Shown here one piece after another: positions 47,459-48,949 of a stretch of 48,949 nt of DNA. The notes under the pieces are model-generated. The model did no database searches. It saw only the letters and a list, made by a program, of their open reading frames with translations, and had not been told where the DNA came from. Position 1 is the stretch's first letter. Each line of letters begins with the position of its first letter. The stretch is from NCBI GenBank assembly GCA_049289835.1, contig JBATMM010000597.1, forward strand, positions 1 to 48,949, written 5' to 3'. A program made the translations under genes and the position numbers. Source of the DNA: Saprospiraceae bacterium (GTDB lineage Bacteria > Bacteroidota > Bacteroidia > Chitinophagales > Saprospiraceae).

Positions 47459-48442
47459 CTAGTCAAATGACTGATTCTCTATACCTGCTCTCTGTACGAG
47501 AGTCTGATATTCTTCCGGAGTAAGGTCATCCATACAATAGATGATAGGATCTACAGGATTGCCTTTGATGCGAACCTCATAATGACAATGAGGACCGGTG
47601 GAAAGGCCAGTGGTGCCAACAGTGCCGATTGTTTGCCCTTTATGGACAATATCACCTTCTTTCACTGAAAGAGTGGCCATATGACCGTAAAGACTTGTAT
47701 AGCCGTAGCCATGATCTATAACGATATGATTGCCATATCCAACTCTTCCATATTCTGCCGTGACCACCTTGCCATTGCCTGTGGCCTGAATAGGAGAACC
47801 CGGAGGAGCTGTAAAGTCAACACCCGTGTGCATTTTTTCCACTTTGTGAACCGGATGAAGCCTGATGCCAAAACCGGAAAGTGCGCTTAAGCTTTTCTTT
47901 AGTAAATCAATTCTCACCGGTTTAATGCTGGGAATACTGGCAAGCATATCTTCTTTGGCATTAGCTTTTGTCAAAATACTATCGAGCGATAATTTCTGAA
48001 CTTTAAGCTGCAGCATTAATTTGTCCACTTTCTCCTGTGTTTCTACAAGTAATTGTCCTGAGTTTGGATACTGAATGAGTTTGGCATATTTGTCACTACC
48101 ACCGACACCACCTTCCCATACAGATTCATCTAAAGGGTCCATACCTAGCATAAATCTAAGAATGCCTCCATCCCGTTCGTGCACTGTGTTGAGATCTTCT
48201 GACATCAGATTGATCTGATCGTTGATAGTAGCATACTGATACTTCATCTGATCAAGTTCTCTCATCAGGCTTAGTTCATTTTGAGAGGGGAAATACTTGT
48301 TGTGAAGGGAAAGAAATATTGTCGCTGTTACAATTGTGGCACAGAGATAACCGAAAAAGCTAAAGACTCTGAATTTCCCAGGTGTGCGATATTCTTCAAA
48401 AGAGAGGGTTGATTCGTTATATACATACTTTCTTCCAGCCAT
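47459..48442 (-). CDS. M23 family metallopeptidase (LytM-like), membrane anchored
   Basis: 327 aa with one N-terminal TM segment and a coiled coil. The M23 domain carries HTGVDF, GYGNHIVIDHG and GPHCHYEV. Confidence 0.92.
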   Translation of the reverse strand: MAGRKYVYNESTLSFEEYRTPGKFRVFSFFGYLCATIVTATIFLSLHNKYFPSQNELSLMRELDQMKYQYATINDQINLMSEDLNTVHERDGGILRFMLGMDPLDESVWEGGVGGSDKYAKLIQYPNSGQLLVETQEKVDKLMLQLKVQKLSLDSILTKANAKEDMLASIPSIKPVRIDLLKKSLSALSGFGIRLHPVHKVEKMHTGVDFTAPPGSPIQATGNGKVVTAEYGRVGYGNHIVIDHGYGYTSLYGHMATLSVKEGDIVHKGQTIGTVGTTGLSTGPHCHYEVRIKGNPVDPIIYCMDDLTPEEYQTLVQRAGIENQSFD

Positions 48443-48652
48443 GAATCTGCGATTTGAGTAATTTTGAGGGTATTAAAAACGGGAGGTTTATCGGAGATAA
48501 ACCAGATGGGATCGCTGGCTAAGGTAACGATTGAATGCCTGTTTACAAAATATTTAACATTTTATTATATATCAATTGTAATTACAATATATATTGCATA
48601 CCAGTTGATTGAATATATAATAAAATATCACCATTTATATCTATTTTAATAA

Positions 48653-48949
<297 letters not shown>

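Noticed and set aside
48575-48588. Perfect 14-bp palindrome ATTGTAATTACAAT between the M23 peptidase gene and alaS.
   Set aside because: It could be an operator. However, a 14-bp palindrome is expected by chance about 3 times in 49 kb (4^-7 per position), and more often in AT-rich DNA. There is only a single copy and no supporting context.
48464-48649. 61-aa ORF in the AT-rich divergent spacer, and the 94-aa minus ORF 48641-48925.
   Set aside because: The first is an Ile/Tyr/Leu-rich translation of AT-rich promoter DNA. The second is antisense to the unmistakable alaS N-terminus.

Overview
This window looks like a core-chromosome segment of a Bacteroidota genome. The diagnostic features are a fused lpxC-fabZ gene, the gliding/type IX secretion genes gldJ-porU-porV, recurring TAnnTTTG -7 promoter boxes, and A-rich start contexts instead of Shine-Dalgarno sites.

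Gene content, left to right:
- The first 6.7 kb is the distal spc/alpha ribosomal cluster: rpsE fragment, rpmD, rplO, secY, map, infA, rpmJ, rpsM, rpsK, rpsD, rpoA, rplQ.
- Housekeeping genes follow: carA, eno, an FtsB/DivIC-like gene, sucD and fabI.
- Next is an outer-membrane barrel plus a DUF2911 gene.
- A minus-strand block holds a LOG-family protein, a sigma-54 response regulator, an M20 amidohydrolase, a GT2 fusion protein, recR, a 2-oxoacid dehydrogenase E2 and an OmpA/TSP3 protein.
- Then come an arginase-fold gene, murF, and a T9SS module (gldJ, a PorP/SprF-like gene, porU, porV).
- The right part holds an MFS sugar porter, RNase P RNA, a 1119-aa NtrY-like histidine kinase, recN, a multi-pass TPR membrane protein, lpxD-lpxC/fabZ-lpxA, a small ABC ATPase, a MerR regulator, an M23 peptidase and the 5' end of alaS.

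Two real genes are absent from the ORF track: rpmJ (38 aa) and rnpB. The 60-106 aa ORFs nested in, or antisense to, the genes above look spurious.

I found no transposase or integrase, CRISPR array, tRNA or rRNA, toxin-antitoxin pair or recognisable defence gene. I do not see convincing evidence for a new multi-gene system. The items most worth a second look are modest:
- three genes whose -7 box sits exactly 4 nt before the ATG, which fits leaderless mRNAs;
- an arginase-fold protein that seems to lack the metal ligands;
- a GT2 protein fused to a truncated phosphoglycosyl-transferase module;
- a sigma-54 activator without a DNA-binding domain, plus one sigma-54-like promoter;
- an orphan PorP/SprF gene inside the gldJ/porU/porV locus;
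- an (ATAAACNN)x5 repeat in the rpoA-rplQ spacer.

All family assignments come from motif recognition by eye and need HMM or BLAST confirmation.
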